NCBI GenBank assembly: GCA_030390025.1
Contig: CM059432.1
Coordinates: forward strand, 95,482,001-95,546,000
DNA: 64,000 bases
Source: Squalus acanthias
Lineage: Eukaryota
Direction of reading: 5' to 3'
A program made the position numbers and the translations under genes. Shown piece by piece: positions 59,700 to 64,000 of the stretch (the first letter of the stretch is position 1; each line of letters starts with the position of its first letter). Below the pieces are notes generated by a model, which saw nothing but the letters and a program-made list of their open reading frames with translations, was not told the origin of the DNA and did no database searches.

Positions 59700-60790
59700 G
59701 ACTTTCTTCTTCTAATCCCAGTTCCTCCACCTCACCCCTTGTCCCATCCCCTCCCTCGCTGTCCCATCCCCTTCTCTCCTCCCCACTCTCCTTCTGTCCC
59801 CCACTCTCCCTCTCCCTTTCTGTCCCCCCCTCCTTCTGTCACTTCCCCCATTCTGTCCCCCTCTCCCCTTCTATCCACCCCCTCACCCCTTGTCCCTCCT
59901 CCTGTCCTTCCCCCCTCTCCCCCTCCACTTATGACCTCTACTCCTACTCTCCCCCCAGCATTCCCCTCCCACTCCGCTCTCTCCTCCCCTCTCTCTCCCC
60001 CGCCCTCCAACCCTCCCCCTTGGCCCCTCCCTCTCCCCCTCCTACTCCTCCCCCTCCCCCACCCCTTCTGTCCTCCCCCCTCTCCCACTTCCCTTCTTTC
60101 CTCCCTTCTCCTCTCTCTCCTCTCCCCTTCTTTCCTCCTCCTTCCCTCTCTCCCCCTCCTCTCTCTAAACCCCCACCTTCCCTCCCCCTCGGGCCCCTAC
60201 CCCTCTCTCTCCCCCTTACCCTCTCTTCTCTCTCCCCCTCCTCTCTCTCTCTCCCCTTCCCACTCCTCCCTCGCCCGTTCTGATCTCCGTCTCCCCTCCC
60301 GTCCTCTCCCCCTCTCCACTTCTCCCTGTTTCACCATTTTTCCTTCCTCCCTCTCTGCCTCTCCTCTCCTCCTCTTCTCACCCCCTCCATCCTCTCTCAT
60401 CCCCTCCCTCACCCCCTCCCACTCCTCCCTCTGCCTTCCCTCTCCCCTCGGTCCTTTCCTCTCCCCTTCTGTCCTCTCCCCTCCTCTTCTCACCCCCTCC
60501 CTCCTCTCTCTCCCCCTCCCACTCCTCCCTTTCCCCTCGGTCCTCTCCTCTCCCCGTCCTCTTCTCACCCCCTCCTCTCACTCCCTCCTCCCTCCCTCCT
60601 TCTTGACTCCCTCTCCTCCAACTCCTCCCCCACTCCCCATCCTCTCCTCTCCCCTTCCGTTCTTCCCCTCTCTCCTTCTGTTCTTCCCCCTCTCCCCTTC
60701 TGTTCTTCCCCTCTCTCCTTCTTTTCTTCCCCCTCTCCCCTTCTGTCCTTCCCCCTCTCCCCTTCTGTCCTCTCCCCTCTCTCTCTATCA
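59700..60790. repeat. About 1.1-kb polypyrimidine/polypurine low-complexity tract
   Basis: Almost only C/T on the + strand; CCCCTCTCCCCTTCTGT units near 60660-60780. Confidence 0.95.
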
Positions 60791-61249
60791 CCCAAACGCA
60801 AAGCTGCCTCTCCCCAGCACAGAGCTAACACCACTCACATTATAAAGAATACATGTCCTAGGTCCTCCCATTCCCCCCTTCCATGGTTCTCTGCCTCCTA
60901 TTTTTCGGCCCTGGCCTTCCTCGCTGGAGTCAGAGCACCAGCCACCGCCCCCCCCCCACAGATAATCTGCAACCCAGTCGATTAAACGGTTGGATTCAGA
61001 GTGATTAACTATCGTTTCCACAACGTTTACAAGTTTCTCCCAGTTTCCAGACACTTTATTTAAATTTAACTACATTTTGAATTCTTTAGTTTTGATTAAT
61101 CCAGCAGAAGATATAGGTGCAAAAAATATTGTATACTGCAATTCCATAAATTCAGTGAAATACATATGACCTTGTCCAACAGTTTTTTTATAAAAACCTC
61201 CTCTAGAAGTCATTTTACAAATGTAACCTTCTAAATTCATGGAGGAGCA

Positions 61250-61905
61250 GGGAAACCATCAACATCCTGGGGGGTCACCATTAACCAGAAACTTAACTGG
61301 ACCAGCAGCAGAAATACTGTGCCTACAAGAGCAGTTCAGAGGCTGGATATTTTGCGGTGAGTGACTCACCTTCTGACTCCCCAAAGCCTTTCCACAAGGC
61401 ACAAGTCAGGAGTGTGATGGAATACTCTGCACTTGCCTGGATGAGTGCAGCTCCAACAGCACTCAAGAAGCTCGACACCATCCAGGACAAAGCAGACCAC
61501 TTGATTGGCACCCCATCCACCACCTTAAACATTCACTCCCTCTACCACCATCTACAAGATACACTGCAGAAACTCGTCAAGGCTTCTTTGACAGCACCTC
61601 CCAAACCCACGACCTCTACCACATAGAAGGACAAGGGCAACAAGCACATGGGAACGCCACCACTTCCAAGGTCCCCTCCAAGTCACACACCATCCTGACT
61701 TGGAAATATAACGCCGTTCATTCACCACCACTGGGCCAAAATCCTGGAACTCCCTCCCTAACAGCACTGTGGGAGTACCTTCACCACACGGACTGCAGCG
61801 GTTCAAGAAGGCGGCTCACCACCACCTTCTCAAGGGCAACTAGGAATGGGCAATAAATGCTGGCCTTGCCAGCAACACCCACATCCCATGAATGAATAAA
61901 AAAAA
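61250..61905 (+). mobile_element. CR1/L2-group LINE 3' end, same family as 1925-2950
   Basis: KAQVRSVMEYSALAWMSAAPTALKKLDTIQDKA; terminus GGGCAATAAATGCTGGCC ... CCCATGAATGAATAAAAAAA. Confidence 0.88.
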
Positions 61906-64000
61906 TAATTAAATAATAAACAAGAAAAAAATAGGAGTTTATGACTCAGTGACCTTCAACATTAACAAAATAATATGCCCCTTGCACAAGAGCTGCCACA
62001 TGTCACATTTTTAGTTCCTGGTTTTAGTGATATGTACCTTGACTACTTTTTTAAATGACATTTTATCAGCTGATTTTTTAGAATGACACATCAGAATCAT
62101 ATTATTTTCAGATTACGTATACATTCAATCTGAATAATCTGGTAAAATAATCTTAAATGTTCCATTCCAAAAATATTTTTCCTCTTCTCATTTTCCATCA
62201 CCATTTTTGACAATATTTCAGGCAGGAGATTAATCTATTACATTGTTTAAAACATTTACCAAGAAAGATGACTGTGCTGTAAGGTAATTGAGAAATGAAG
62301 GCTTTTGTGTGGGTGTTTTCTTTTTGATTTAGTAAGAACTAACATTTCAACTCAATTTTTCTGTTGGAGAGTACTCTGAGAGTATCCTAACTCTGGCCGA
62401 GATCTTATCCAGTCATCTGTGGGAGTAATGCTGGGTCTGCCTGCTATTATTGTTCAGGGAATGTCTGTCTTTCAGGGACAATTTTGATTTTATGCTCATA
62501 CTCATGTTTTACTTTACAGTATATTAAAACAGAAGAGTGCCAGAGCCGCAAGCTTCAAAACAGGGGTTAGTTTCTTGATACATCATTGCAATGTCCTTCG
62601 TTTTTACAAGTACAACAAAGTAACTTGTTTCCATTCTGAACATTGACACTATTGACAAATTAATTTCTAACTTGGGCCTCAGATTCTGTTACTTGTCTGG
62701 CCTTTTGTCTGGGTGTAGTCATGTACTTGTGTGGCTGGTAAATTCCTTGAGCTGGGAAATTGAGAGGCTCCAGACCAGGCAGTGATGTTTTCATAATGTA
62801 AGTATCACATGTAGCAAGAATTCCAAACTAGTGCAAGTAATGCCATCAGGATTTAATACTAAATGTAGAAATATCCCACCAATTTTAACTTTTTTATGGG
62901 ATCTTCAAGGAAAACACAACAGCAAACTTGTCATCTAGATTTCTGTAGTATTTATTCTGTAAAACCAGGTCCTTGACCTTTCTCCATTATCTCTCATCCG
63001 TACCTCAGACATCAAGTGTGAAGAACTCATGGATTTCTTCATGTTCAAAATTGAAACCATCTACTCTGATACCTCTGCCTCCTCTGACCACCCCTTTCCC
63101 TTACTGTCCCGCTCAATTACCTGCTCTCCCACCTGCCATTTTGTTGTTGGCAGCCTCTTGCTATGGCACATCTACACCTGAAAAACCAGAGTGAGTAGGC
63201 CTGACGCCTGCCCAGTTGGGTCTGAGTTTGGCGGTGGATGCTCCCATCCAAAGCAGGTGGAAATTTCATTAAATATATTTATCTTGGGTCGCAATTACAT
63301 CATTGGAAAATTGAAATGATTTTGTACTGTTTACATCTCATTGTGCCACTTCCTGATTCTGCCAACGAAATATGAGTGTCAGATCAGACCACGTGGAAGA
63401 TTTAAATGCTACAAATTTAAAGGTACTAATGGAAATAGTTTTTTTTTGGCTACAGATATTTACTCGGGACAATTAAGAGAGCAGGTGGGGCGGGGGGGGG
63501 GGGGGAAGGATTTTTGGACAGGAAACCCAAAAGTACAGGGTTTCCTGGATGTCCTGCTGAAATTAACTGCAGGACATCTTTTACAATTTCTCAACTGCTT
63601 TTCTGCCCGATAGCCAGCCAGATTAACAGGCTGGCTGCCTGTCAGGTGGGAAAGCAGCCAGGGAGTGGATGCTAGCTAAGTCAGAGGTCGCGAGGAGGTG
63701 AGCAGTCGGAGATTGCTGGGGGTGGGGGGATTCAGAGATCGTGGGGTCCAATCACGGGGTCTGTAAAGAGGTTAGTTTGGGCCGCTGGGGGAAACACTCC
63801 TACTCCTCCTGGCCCACAAGCAGCGCTGTGAATGCACTTACCTCATGGATGCGGCCCTTCTTGTCTCTCTTTACCTGCTAGGATTTCCAAGCCCTGGGAA
63901 ACCTGGCCTCCATGGGTTAGAAATAAAAACCCAGTTAAAATAAAGGCACGCAGCTTCCTTAAAAGATTTTACTGATCTACATGCCTCCTGAGAATGGATT

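Noticed and set aside
59649..60845. 398-aa Pro/Ser/Leu-rich ORF and its antisense Gly/Glu/Arg-rich ORFs
   Set aside because: They result from a C/T-only tract that lacks stop codons; there is no domain signal.

Overview
This window is eukaryotic, repeat-dense, intronic or intergenic-type DNA. The repeat repertoire (CR1 LINEs with zinc-finger/esterase ORF1, L2, DeuSINE-type tRNA SINEs, many PIF/Harbinger elements and MITEs, Penelope-like elements) suggests a cartilaginous fish such as a shark; that assignment is inference. I found no recognisable intact host gene, only weak candidate exons. Almost every long ORF is a transposon remnant or a low-complexity artefact. Highlights: (1) four minimal type I hammerhead-ribozyme motifs in Penelope-type termini, two of them inside a near-perfect 2 x 102 bp foldback flanked by a 13-bp target duplication, with compensatory stem changes between copies; (2) a three-level nest, Penelope (GIY-YIG fragment, inverted terminus, hammerhead) > near-intact CR1 ORF2 > Harbinger-type MITE; (3) a Harbinger family whose deletion derivatives keep the spliced Myb/SANT-like gene but lose the transposase; (4) a 227-bp solo LTR with a 5-bp TSD inside a CR1; (5) a LINE 5' end that begins with a tRNA-derived Pol III-type head. 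These belong to known element classes; family-level novelty cannot be judged without database searches. Family names come from motif recall, and boundaries of decayed repeats are approximate.
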